A stretch of DNA of 64,000 nt from Oculina patagonica (Eukaryota): assembly GCF_052425735.1 (NCBI RefSeq), contig NC_135758.1, forward strand, positions 45,508,001 to 45,572,000, given 5' to 3'. Below are positions 25,492 through 38,000 of the stretch, piece after piece. The notes beneath the pieces were generated by a model that was not told where the DNA came from, searched no databases, and was given only the letters and a program-made list of their open reading frames with translations. The position numbers and the translations under genes are program-made. Positions within the stretch are counted from its first letter, which is position 1. Each line of letters starts with the position of its first letter.

Positions 25492-25889
25492 GTGGCAGGG
25501 AAGTGCACCCTTTGGCTGCACTTTACCCCACAGTAAGCCTCTAGCCCACTGGAGACAGGTCCGGAGAAATATCCATTCCAGGGTGGCTACCCCCGGTACC
25601 ACCTGATCTGTACTCCCCCCAGGGGGGCTCCCCCTCCTGGTTCCCACAATCCCTCGGGACTGTGGGATATGGGCCTCACCCCTGGAGGCAGGTCCAGAAC
25701 ATTTAACCCAGGGTGGCTACCCCCGGTACCACCTGATCTGTCCTCCCCCCAGGAGGGCTCCCCTCCTGGGCCCCTAGACCCAAGTCACGCTTCCCTGCCA
25801 CCCTTATTTTACCCACAACCAGTGTGTCATTGTCACTTGTGTATTGCTTTAGCAACAACTCAACCAGCCCTCGAAAAGAGGATCATTAA
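25492..25889 (+). repeat. Split direct repeat B2
   Basis: Copy of B1; forms the right end of the element. Confidence 0.95.
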
Positions 25890-26728
25890 CAGTTTCTTTT
25901 CACACATACACAGGCCTAACACAGGAAATGCTTTCTCCAAACCGTTTAGAGATGCGCTGACAAAAATAAACCAAAGTAACTGCTTTGATTTATTTCTGTT
26001 ACTTTGTTCTAATTTAATTCGCAAGATAATAATTTTTTTATTCGGTTAATGAAGGACAGACTTGTATTCCATCCTGCAGTATCAGGATCCGATTTACTGG
26101 CATAAATCATTCCAAATAATAAGCTGTACCTTGCGCAAGAAGAACCGTCTTTACACATAAATGCCAACTTTTAACGAATTTGCCATTTCAGTGTTATCCA
26201 AATAATTAACATCATCTGAATAATATCGCATTTAATTTTTTTTAAGAAAACGTAGGAAAGCTTTTTCCAACGCTGTACAGAGATTAGATTTCTATCTTGC
26301 CTCCCCACTGACCTGCAGTGATCTTGTTATCAAGTGACAATCATTGCCAAATGAGTTAAAAATCAAAACAAGAGAGATATCTTCATGCTAGCCAGCCAAA
26401 ATTAGATAACCTGATAATGGCCCCTCTTTTCATGGTATGAGGAATAACATTGGGTGTAAGTTTTTTCTCGTCAAGTGAGATTTTATTTAAGGCTAGAAAA
26501 TAATATTATTTTACAGTGTCATAAACTAGAAAAGTAACAGAGTCAAAGTAATCATGCAAGCTGGTACAATTCCTTTGCAGAACTCCTGTAATATTCTTGT
26601 TGTTCTTGTTGTATAAAATCCGAGATACCCCAGTTGGTATAGGTAAGAAAGAATCGAAGAAAAGTTACAGAGTCAATTATGTTAATTGGTACATTTCCTT
26701 TGCATTATATTTCCTTTTTCTAGTTGCA

Positions 26729-28941
26729 ATGCGTCCAAATCAGTTGTTTGCAGTTTGGTTTTTTCTGGCGCTGTCCTGGAAGTGTAATGGTGAAGCCGCT
26801 GACCAATGTCCGGCACAGCAACCAATCTATGGCAAGGCTTTGAAAGGTTTCACATTCAAGACTTTGGTGTCGCCAACTGCCTTTGGATGCTTAGTAGATT
26901 GTCATTATGAAGACAGATGCCAGAGCTACAATTATGTTATGAAGACAAATATCTGCGAGATGAACAACAGAACCAAGGAGGCTAAACCAGAACAATTTGT
27001 GTCAGATCCAGATCGGTTCTACATGAAGCGTGGAGCACATAGAAGTAAAGTTATTGTGATTGTAAATGTAAATTCAGATCTGTACGATGCTATTTAAGTT
27101 ACTAGCAAAATATTACATTTTTGACTGACACTCTTTTTTTACTCACATCAGAGCAACTAGGTTCCATTCCCGCTCTGCCAGCTCAGTCATGCAAGGAAAT
27201 CAAAGCAAATGAAGGAGGACAAGCGGTCAGCAGTAATTCGTGGTTGGATCCTAGTGGTTCTGGAGAGGTTATCTTGGCTTACTGTGACATGAACACAGAA
27301 GGTTTGGCAATATTTTATTTCATTTGTGTAACTGTGAAGAAGTGACCTCACTGGCGTATTTTCTTTCTTAGTTGCAGATTTTTGCATTCGGCATCGCTGC
27401 CAGAACGGTGCTTCGTGTGTGAATGGTCACGTGAACTACACGTGTTCGTGTAACGGAGGGTGGACTGGTACCTTCTGCGGATCAAGCGTGACAAGTAAGA
27501 TATTTAGTTGGATCAATGCACTTAGCTATAAAGTTTATGTTTTCACTTGCTGTGATGCAGAGGTAAAAAATAATTCTCAATGCAAGTAACAATCTTGAAG
27601 AAAAATAGTCAAACAATACGTTACTTATAATGCTAAGAAATTAATTATGGCATTTTGTGCAGTTGAAAATAAATAAAAAGCGAAAAACGGAAAAGTGCAA
27701 AACAAAACAATTTAAATGTAACATATTAAACTACAACGTAAGTAGGTCCCTACAACAATTGTAAGATTAAGGGGGTTTTTTAACAGAAAAACTACCAGGG
27801 TCACGCCGCTTGGATTTGATTGAAGAGTTGTGTTGTGTAATGTTATTTGCTCTTAAATATTGATCAAAGTGGCTAAAAGGGAAGGTTTTTATATTTGAGA
27901 TGGAAAATTGAGCCCTTTTGTTACGCTTTCGTAAACTTTTTCTTGGAGACGCAAAAATGTGGAAAATTGGGATTTTCATTTTTTAACTTTACAGACCCAA
28001 ATACAATATTTACTAGTCAGTAGATAAGTGATAGTGATGTCGTAGGCTGTGATCACTTTGTAGTTTAATTAGTTCGCGCTTTTCTGTTGAATTTACAGAA
28101 GGATTTTCCTTTTCTTCTATTCAGTGCCAGTTTGATTCCTAGTAAAATGTTGGTCTCAAATTCAAGACTTTTAAGGGACTTAACCATTTCTTATTGCCAC
28201 GGAAGCGTACGCGTATTATGACTTAGTTAAAATCTGGCTTATTTACTCATGGATGTTTATAGAAAAGTTTAATAAATTGCGGTTATGTTGAACTTTTATT
28301 ATTTCTTTCCAGTGTTAGTAAAGTCTTGTAGTCACTTAAAGAAGCTCGACCCTACAGCGGTAAGTGGCACTTACGACATTGACCCTGACGGTGAAGGAGG
28401 CTTGCCGCCCTTATATGACGTCACTTGTGACATGACTGACAAAAATGGTGTTGGCGTGACTGTCATAAGTCACGACAGCGAAGACAGAACGCTGGTGAAA
28501 GGGTTTGAAGATCGAGGCTCCTATTCACGCGACATTCAATACAGGGCGAATTTTTCTCAGCTGGCAAGTCTCGCCAATGTCTCTTTACACTGTGAACAGT
28601 TCATAAAGTATGAATGCAAAGGTTCATACATGTTATTTGGCAATCATGCCTGGTGGGTGTCACGTGATTCTATGAACATGACTTACTGGGGCGGAGCAGA
28701 ACCCGACAGTGGTAAATGCGCATGCGGGATGACCAACTCATGTGTAGACACCAGCAAACCTTGTAACTGTGATGCGAATGACCCTACATCAGCTACATGG
28801 CGCGAAGACAGCGGTCTCCTCACTGATAAGACGCATCTTCCAGTTAAACAGCTCAGGTTTGGAGATACTGGAGGTTCTAAAGATAACGACGAAGAGGGCT
28901 ACCATACACTGGGAAAGTTTAAGTGTTATGGAATTGCCTGA
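26729..28941 (+). CDS. Secreted PAN/apple + fibrinogen/COLFI-like motif + EGF + CNTNAP/neurexin-IV-type fibrinogen-like domain protein (paralogue 2); exons 26729-27044, 27152-27301, 27372-27494, 28313-28941
   Basis: Signal peptide; same first three exons as paralogue 1; last exon SC...SG.Y.IDPDG...V.CDM...T.ISHDSE...CEQFIKYEC...WWVSR...YWGG...CACG...CNCD...WREDSG.LTDK..LPV..LRFGD...G..TLG...C.G, the CASPR-type fibrinogen-like domain. All junctions GT-AG and in frame; TATAAAA near 26612 and a likely non-coding exon ending at 26642. Confidence 0.9.
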
Positions 28942-30504
28942 TTGTAAAGATTTTATGTCCTCAGGTTTTCCAGTGCCTTGAACTTTCATTTTTCTATCTG
29001 AAGCAAACAAACGAAAGGAATTGTAATAACAATAATAACCGGCTGTTTCACAATTGCAAAGTAATGCGACAGTGACTCTAGAAAAAAAATCATTTTTTTA
29101 TTAGTTTTAAGATATTTGAATGATAATAATATAATAACAGATTTTTAGATCATTGTTATTTGTAGTTGTAATTAAAGAGGATACGGCTGAGTACAATTGG
29201 TCATCCTCTCCTGTTATAAAAAAAGTGTGATCAGTTTTCGATCTTGCTATTTCAACTTTCTTGTGCGTCACAAAATTGGTTAGAGGCGAACCTGAAGATC
29301 TCATTACATTCTATTTCAAGTGCCGGAGATTGTCTAATTTTTTTAAGGTGCTGGTCTGTTTCAAACTTTTTACAATAAGGACGTAGTTATAACTTGTAAA
29401 TAATTCCTTGCGAGTCGTTTTAAGAAACTGTGAATTACAATTATTACAAACGTTTCAATGCCGAATACTGTACAAAAAAACAAGTTTTGTTTGGTTTTTG
29501 TTGTTGCTTGTATGTAAAAAACACAGGTGAACGACTTGACTCCATGGAGACGCATGTAAATAAACTATTTGAAATGCCTCTCTATTAAAACTGCACTAGC
29601 TAGTTCTCATGCAGGAGGAACAAATCCTTTGTAAAAAAACATGACAGCTACTAGAATTTGAATAGATATGTCACGAACATGATGTGGAGGTGCTTAACTT
29701 TTGTTAGTTTACATTTTTAACCATATTAAACGAATGAAATAGCTCTTAAGTATAAAAGTATACCAATGAAACTGATTTCACTGCATTTTCTGGAGTCTTA
29801 GTCAGTCTCAGTACACGTATTTGTTTCATTACCTATATAAGTATTGTATTTTAACAGAAGCTCATGTGGGTTTTTGTTTTTAAGCGATATAAACTCATGT
29901 AAATATTTGTTCTTAAATAAACTGATGGTGTTGTCAACATGTCGATTTTGTTTTAAATAATCATCAGTATTAACGTTCTTGTTATAAGTAAAGGAAATAC
30001 ACTGTTCAGTGTCTAATGGTGGTACAACCCTGGTGTACTAGTGTCAATTAGTCTTTATATTTAATCTTTAATCGATAATATTTGACTCTAAGATGAACAC
30101 AGCTTTAGTTTGGAGACTTGACAAGGGAAGTGAGCCTGCGCCTCTTTCGTTCCTTCTCGAGACAGAAAGAAGACCGATTTCTAGAGAGTGCTGTTGAAAT
30201 TGATTCAACCTGCTCCCTTACTCTGTTAACAGTTCAATTTACCTTAATTTCAAACTCTTTGTCGCGAACGTAAATACTGGAGAACACAATTCTCGAGCCT
30301 GTTGCACAACTAAAGTTTCAAGGTACGCGTGAATTAGCCCAAGATGCTCAAGTCGCATCCACATAAAGAAAAAACTAACAAACAAGCGACAAGCCATAAG
30401 TCGCCCCCAGTTGCACAAAATATGATCAGCTGAACCCTATTTTTCTTTTTCTCGATACTGCTTGTTTTCTTCACTTTGGCCATTTTCGTCCCCATAGCCG
30501 CTAT

Positions 30505-30750
30505 GCACAAGAAACAAGTGGCTCTGGGGACACATGATTTGATTGGGTAAATTTTTAAAAAAGGAAATTTAAAACTAGCAAAACAATTTAACCGTTTTAA
30601 AATCCTTTTGGCGTAAGGGATTTTAAAACGGTTGATTTGATTGGCTAGATTTTTTTTTCTACCCAATCAAATCATGTCCCCAGAGCCACTCGTTTTTCGT
30701 GCCTTTCGCTCTGCCGGTTAGGAGGGACAAGTGGCTCTGGGGACGAGGAT
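30505..30750. repeat. Palindromic interspersed repeat
   Basis: aagtggctctggggacacatgatttgattgggta is inverted against tacccaatcaaatcatgtccccagagccact; a third copy aagtggctctggggacgag lies at the right end. Confidence 0.65.
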
Positions 30751-32039
30751 GCACTTTGGCGAGTGAAAAGCACTAGAAGACTAAAATTAAACACTAAAAA
30801 GTGTTTAATTACGTTTTATTGTACTTTAGTTTTCAATCATATTTCTAATTTTCTTACAAAACATTTTTCAATGACCAAGAAATGGTTAGAAAATAGACTT
30901 GAAATAAGTTACAATTACAATAAATTAACTTACAGATGTACTCGTATGAATCAATGAGTGTACACCTGAATTAACCAGGTCTGAATCCACTTGCTTGCAA
31001 AACGAGCGTTGTCACGTTGTTTGAAGTAATTTCCACTTATCTTTAAATGTTAGTTAGCTAAGAAAACGCAACGGATGGTTTAATCTAGGGAATATTGACC
31101 CGGATGACAAACAGTCTTCCTGACGGACCCAAGTTGAACCCTTTAAACGAATCTCGAGTAAAACTCAAACTACCAACTAACATAAACGTATGCAGGGAAT
31201 GTGATTTTCTTTTTCTTTTCATCTTGAAATAATTGCTGCAGCCTGCATCTTGTCTCCATACACTCCTGTAGGACGCTTGTTTCATTTCTCCGATGTGGTA
31301 GCACCTGTAGGAACCGCATAAAACGTAACAAAAATTCAGTTTCATGACAACATAAATCAAACCAGTTCTCACAGATTAGTTTGTTCCTGAGTGAATGACC
31401 GCAAAACGGCCTGTAAAGTGAAAAACGTTATTTTCACGTTTATTCACTACACTTCAGTCTCAACACTATGCAAACACACTCGGGTTTCACTTGATTGTAC
31501 AGCGTAATGGCTAAGTTGATTTTACTTTTCAGCGCACTTTTCACTTCAATAACGTGTTACTGGCAAAACAGTGAAAAATAAATTCCGATTTCAATGTGCG
31601 ATCACTTTGTGCAGTCGGTGGCTTGGTTCTTTGTCCTATGGAAACCTTTGTCAGTCCCCATTTCACTAACCTACGTCAAAAAAGGTTCACATTGTTCTTT
31701 GCCTCCCAATGAAATTTCCGTTGCACCAATACTTCACGCACGGACCGTCTAAGATGAGCCTTTATACGTCGACCATTTTGTTATAACCAGTATTTCTACG
31801 CGCGCAGCCGGAAATTATTTATTCAAATGGCGCCATAAAGACCAACGTCGAAACTACTAACCAACCAATCAATCACAAATCCAGCTTTCTCCTGGAACTC
31901 AACAAAAATGAATATCTGTTCCCTTACTTAGTTACAGCCCAGCCATAAAAAGCACTAACTAGAACCTTCGGACGACAGAACCATGTCAGGAAAATTCCGA
32001 CACCTTTCCTTGAAGGTTCCCGCTCATTTGCCCGTTATT

Positions 32040-35000
32040 TTAACACAAACCTGAAAAAACTCGGCCTCTCACTCGTTCTACAATCTTCTTGGCTATCCCT
32101 AAGGCCTCTTGCGCCATCTGGGCGGAGTACACGTCATGTGGGATATGAGGATAGCACATGCTGTCCGGATAGCGCATTCGTGCTGAATCACCAATTAGGC
32201 TTTCCAGTTGACCAGCCAAATCTGTTAAATCGGGATCACTCAAACTTAAAGAATTCTCGACCAGGTTGTGAATGTTCATCTTTTTGGCATCTACCATATA
32301 CTGCGCAGCCTTCAGAGCCTTCTCTGCTGCCTGTCAAGATATATTACAGGGATGTATTCATGCATGTGCCAAGAACTTTATACACCTTATTCATAACAAG
32401 CTATTATGTCATCCATATCCAACAGTATCGTACCTTATCCGTATCGTAAACGTCTTCTAAGTGAAACACAATGAGACCTATACCCATTGCTCGTCGACAT
32501 ATAAATTTTAGTTCATCAATGCAAGCCAGAAGTTTACTTCTTAAAATCGAGAATAAAAATGTTACCTGGTGGCATTTAAAACATGCCCACTCGTAAGAAG
32601 GTTTGTTGAACGCAATTTCGTCTGCACCAGCTACAAGGTCAGCTTCAGCTTGTCTAAACCAGCGCCTGGCCTCTCCTGGTTGGGAGTTCACCTTGCAGAA
32701 ACTTGGAGGAACATTGTGCCATGACTTCTGATCCGTTGTGCCTCCCCAAGACCCATACTGTTGGGAAAAGCGCATTCGGTATTCTTCACGCTGTGAGCCA
32801 TGTTCTCTGGCACGTGCTCCCCAGGAAACAAAGAAATCGTCGTAAACGCTCCCCAGTCTACAAATCTCACTCTGTATGTGCTGAAATACCTGTGTGCAAA
32901 ATTCTTCATTGCCCTTGTTCTTGTCAGGATGCCACCGTAGAAAGAGCCGCTTTACAATTTGCCTTCTTTGTACTTCTTCTTGCCTCCATGCATCCTCTAG
33001 CAGGTCGGAGATCTCACTAAAGACCACTTGTCTTGTCTCGTTTGTTGAGCGTTGTGTTTGCTGGTCAGATATTTCTTTAACTCGATGAAATTTGTACAAG
33101 TCGGCAGCAACCACAACTGGTTCTTTGTTATGCCCGATATTGATTCTGTACATCTTCGTTGGTAGATGTTCTGAATCTTCATTTATCATCTCCTCAATGA
33201 TAACAGCGTAGATGTACGTTGCAACTCCATCCTCCAGGTGCAGACTTGGGTCATCCAGCTGGTATCCTACATATTCTTCAGGTTCAAATTCTTCAAAGGC
33301 GTCATTCAGCAGATGATGGTCTTCGATTGGAATAAACGAACCTGGCTCCGGAAAGATATCCATTTCTACTGCTTTGTAGGTGTCATCTTGTCGAATTCCC
33401 ATATTATCCAACAAGGACCAAATCTTGCTGAGAGGACAACGCAACATCTCAGGAATTAACACCGCCTTCTTCCCAAGAAGCTCTCCATACATTTCTGCAA
33501 TCACGTTGGAAACCAAAGAAACGGCCGAAAAGGGTTCGTCCATTTCTGTTACGGCGTTGATGTAGACTCTCCACATCTCCTTGCCAGACACCAAAAGCCG
33601 CTGTTGGAAGAATGGTACTTCTGCTTCACTTCCTGGAATGAAGTTCCCATTGTAAAAAAGTGACGTTTTGAGATTTTTCACTGCACATAGATCGATGCTG
33701 CGAAGACTACACTCGATGTTTGCAATCACTTCTTCATCGAAATCTTCCTCCTGAGAGTTTACATCTCGAATCAGTCTTGCAATCCCACAACCAAACTGAC
33801 CGGAAGAAATCTGTTGTCTTAATATGTTGACTGTTCCATCCGTCACTGTCTCGGTATTCTCTGGATTACTGAGTTGTTCTTTCACCACAGAGGATAGCAT
33901 TCTTGGCTGTACACCTTCAGGTAATTTCATCATCAGCTCTTTATAGTTCATCATGGCAGACTTGCAACTGATATCCATCATGCTGAGTTCCAGCACACAT
34001 GGTTGGGTAAGTCCCCGGATACGACTTACGTATGCAGGTTGATCAACAAATATCAGATCAGCTGACTTCTGCAAAGTGACAGGGATTGTGTTTAGTGGCG
34101 AATTTGGAGAGCTGCCATGTCCTGGACACACCGCTGGCAGGTACAGCTTGGAAATAGTAGCTCCTTCTTCAGGATGCTCCTGCAATCTTTCAAAGAATCC
34201 TTTCACCGCTTTGCAGCAAAGGCTTACCTCGTTTGGGTGTAGTTTGACATTCAGGCAATTCTTGTGCAACATCGCCAAAACCATTGCATAATGAGCAGGT
34301 CTAACAGATCTGGAGCAGCCTAGGTACTCAAACAAAAGCTGAAACTTGCCAAATTCTGGAGGAACTCTGTAAAGATATGGCTTAATCTCCAGATCTTCAT
34401 AAAGCTCGAGGACCGCTTGCCTAGGCAAAACGAATTTCTTTCCTCCCTCAACCAAAATACAGCATGCTGTTTGAAGACGTTTCTTCAATACACTGTTTTT
34501 GATCGCATTTCGTTGTAGAAATGTGTAAATACGCTCCATGACCCCCATTATCGTGTGGCACTGTTCCGGTGAGACACTTTCTCTCTTGCTGTTGCTTTGA
34601 AGTTGAGAGCAAATAGTTATGCAGTGATCAACTACAACATCTACTGAAGGGTCCTCCACAATTTGAAGCTGGGCGACAAAACACTTACAGTGGTCGACAA
34701 TGTGGATATCGGGAGGGCAACCAAGCTTGTCACGATTACACGTTGGATCTGCCCACTTTGGAAGCAAAGGTGCTTTTGTCCAAACAACATCTTCATGATC
34801 AGAGCAAACTGATCCTTTATAGGCAATGAAGGGAGTTATACCATCTTTCTCTTTCACAAATGGAGGACAAATTTCTTGCAATGGTCGGCGAACAGGATCT
34901 GCGGCCACAAAGGGGATGCCACACACAATCTGTAGAAGACCTCCATTCAGGACATTTTTTCGAGAGAAAAGATGCTTGACAAGAACTTCAGACTTCTTGC

Positions 35001-38000
35001 GTGTATTCTCAGTTTGCGCCGTAGCAGCTTCATGTGCCACTTGTTTGGCAAATCTCTGAAAATGGTCAGAAGACACCGTGTGAACCAGGCCTATCTCTTT
35101 CAAAAACGATAGCCATTCGTCTGAGGCGAAAGACTCTGGTGGGAACTTGTCATCTGTTAAAAGCAATTTGAAAACATCGTTTCGAGGGTCGTAGAAACTG
35201 GACGCTGTCATTAACTTGCCGTCCTTTGTTGGAATGAATTCAACTGTCTTCAAGTGGTGCAACAGTCTCTCTTCATCAACATCTCTCTTTCTCTTTTCTC
35301 CACCAGTCAAAAACACCAATTGCCGAATATATCCAAGGTGAACCAGCCTTCCCTCTTGACTGAAATACTGAAAGCATTTCAAGACAAACTTACGATAGGC
35401 TTCCACACAAGATACCCGTTTAACCTCCAAGAACTCATAAAGGCCAGTCAGGCTTGGATGAGACTTTAAGAACAAACAACCCAGTCTGGATTCAACAACA
35501 TTTAGATCCAGTGTAGGAAATTCTTCAGGCAGGATGTAGCCCTTCCTACTCTCGAGTCGTGCAGTGCCACCACTTGCTGTTGTATAGAACGGTAATTGTC
35601 TCAAGGGTTCTCTGTGCACATCTGTGAGACTTTGTCGGTTGTCACTAAAGTACTCCAAAACTTTAAGGAAATCTGAGGACTTCAACTTGTCTTCAGGGGA
35701 GCGAAGATTCATCTCCAGCTTCTGGTCAAGTGCCATAAGGAGGAAGGTGGGCGATTTCAGAGTAGCTACGAGATTACGTACAAAATCGTACGAATCCTTT
35801 TGGAAGGGAGATGTTGTGCTTGTCAGTACATCTAAGTTGAGCTCCGGTAAGCCCAAACTTCTTAGAATCTCAATCAACTTTGGACTTGGTATACCGCTTT
35901 CAGCAAGGTCGACAACACACTTTGCTTTATCAAGGGGCACCAAGACATGCTCTAAGACTGTTTGCGTGTTGTCCAGAGTCTTCAAAGTACAAGAATTGTG
36001 TGGACCTCCCCCTTGGGTTGTCTTAGTCGCTGGTAGAAGGCACCATCCAGAAAGCGGCGAGAGAAGTTGAGTAATAACGGATTTTGACTCTTCACTTTCC
36101 TCTGGTCTCCTTACAGCATCTCTGCCAATCTCTTGTAAGAACCTCCATACCTTGTTTATCCAGCAGCGATTAGGTAAGATGGTGGGTGGGTTGTCTGGAC
36201 GCCATTCCACGAAAACATCTTCACCGTAAAAATTTGGAGGCAGGGTTTCATACAGGTAAGAAGCGAAAATTTCCACATCCAAAGGTCGGAAAACAGAAGC
36301 ATTTCCGCAATCCACATCTTCAAAAATGTTCTCATGAAGTTCATTGTGGACAAAAATGGACGGAGAATATGGCAAAATATCTGTATAGTGACTCAGACAT
36401 CGTGGTTTACTCGTACTAAATGTACGCAAGAAGTTGTCTTGGGTTAGAAGTAATGGAAGTCCTTCCAGATTCTCGACAAATCGTTCAGCATCTTTGCAAT
36501 ACTTAAGGACTCTAATCACTCGTTTGGAATTCTTGAATGGTGTCTTGTCAACAGAGCATGGAATCTGTCCGATGTTACAAAGTGAATCAGGATCGCTGAA
36601 GGACTTGTAGAAATCCATAACGGCAGAAGGCGCAATGCAGCAAACATCCACCCCGGCTTTCCTCAGCGAATTGAAGATGTCCACTGAAAATGCTACAAGG
36701 TTGAAGCCCGTTTCGATCAGGGTTTCTACAAACCTTGACTTTTCTTCATTTCTCCTGCTCTTGTTCTCCTGATCGTCATTACTTTCTGGTTCACCTCTTT
36801 GGCATGGAGCAGCGAAACAACCTTCCTTTTTTAGATTGCTGAAGTATGTTTTATCCTTGCCCGTTCCAGTCGGAGGGAACCATGTTACTTCAGCAGAGTC
36901 CCTCACGCCACAAGTAGAACTTTTCACGGATGGAATCAACCGCATTTCTTTGTTGCTCATTCCTTTGTAGACCGCTTCAACCAGTATCTTGCAATGGGGA
37001 TCTTTAGCAGAATACTTCGGAAAATATTCTTCATAGGCACGTAATCGTTTGAATATCGTACCTTTGCTGCAACTAGGACTACCAGGTGTTGTATAATCCT
37101 GCATCATTGGCAATTGGAGAAAACCACGCACTTCTTCCAAAAGTGTCAGGTAGCATAACGCAATGACATCACTTAACAAAGCGGTGTTCCAATCACTCTT
37201 ATAGCCGCCAGCTTCGTCTCTCCATAAACTTCGTCTTGCCTCATGGTCCAATGCAAAGTGTCCATTGATGTGAACTGGCAAATCTGTTTCAAAAGGAAGT
37301 GGAAGAAAACAGTATACTTTCTTTTTCCTGCTTGCTCGAGCTTGCTCGCCTTTTCCTGCTTGCTTGAGCTTGCTCGTCTTTTCCTTCTTGCTTGGGCTTT
37401 TGCTCTCTAGAAGGCAGGCAACACCTCCACGAGGTAGCAGCACTAACTGGTGCTCCTTAAAGGCATCCACAATACTATCTTCCACTGACGTCTCAAAGCC
37501 TACCCGTTGGACAACAAACCACTTTTCCTCCCTGCCACAGTTGTCTCTCAACGTCATGATATAGCTACACTTGGTGACATTGATGCTGGTGGGTAGGAAG
37601 TTGTCCTTCTCTTTAGCTTGAATTCCTAACTCTTTGATACAGTCAGCAAATGCTTGCCTTTTCTCATCGTCTTCGTGGGACATCAGCACTTCAACAGAGT
37701 AAGTATTGACTACGTTACCACTTGGTTCGTCGATCGTGCAAAGGCTTATTCTCTTCACGTTGTTCAGGAAGAGCAGAACCTCGAACAATTCCTTCTTCAG
37801 ATCTTCCATCATCACATTTAATTTCTTCACCGTTACTGGGGCTGATGATATGTTGGATACTTCTGCCATCTTCTCAGACCTTAAGGGAAACCTGAATATG
37901 GTTGCATTCCGCATTGGGAAATGATCCTCTAGATAACAAGGGAAGACATCTGGGAACTTTTGTTTCAGCATCTTGATGTCTCTGAACATTCTGCCCGGTT

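Larger units (their letters stand above)
20360..25889 (+). mobile_element. Ngaro-type (DIRS order) tyrosine-recombinase retrotransposon with split direct repeats A1-ORFs-B1-A2-B2
   Basis: A1 20360-20801 = A2 24837-25278 (442 bp); B1 24439-24836 = B2 25492-25889 (398 bp); overlapping gag, RT/RNase H and YR ORFs; no TSD. Confidence 0.95.

Noticed and set aside
24274-26049. Duplicated small ORFs (MGTRRGSPP..., MGLTPGG...)
   Set aside because: Chance translations of the B1/B2 and A repeats.
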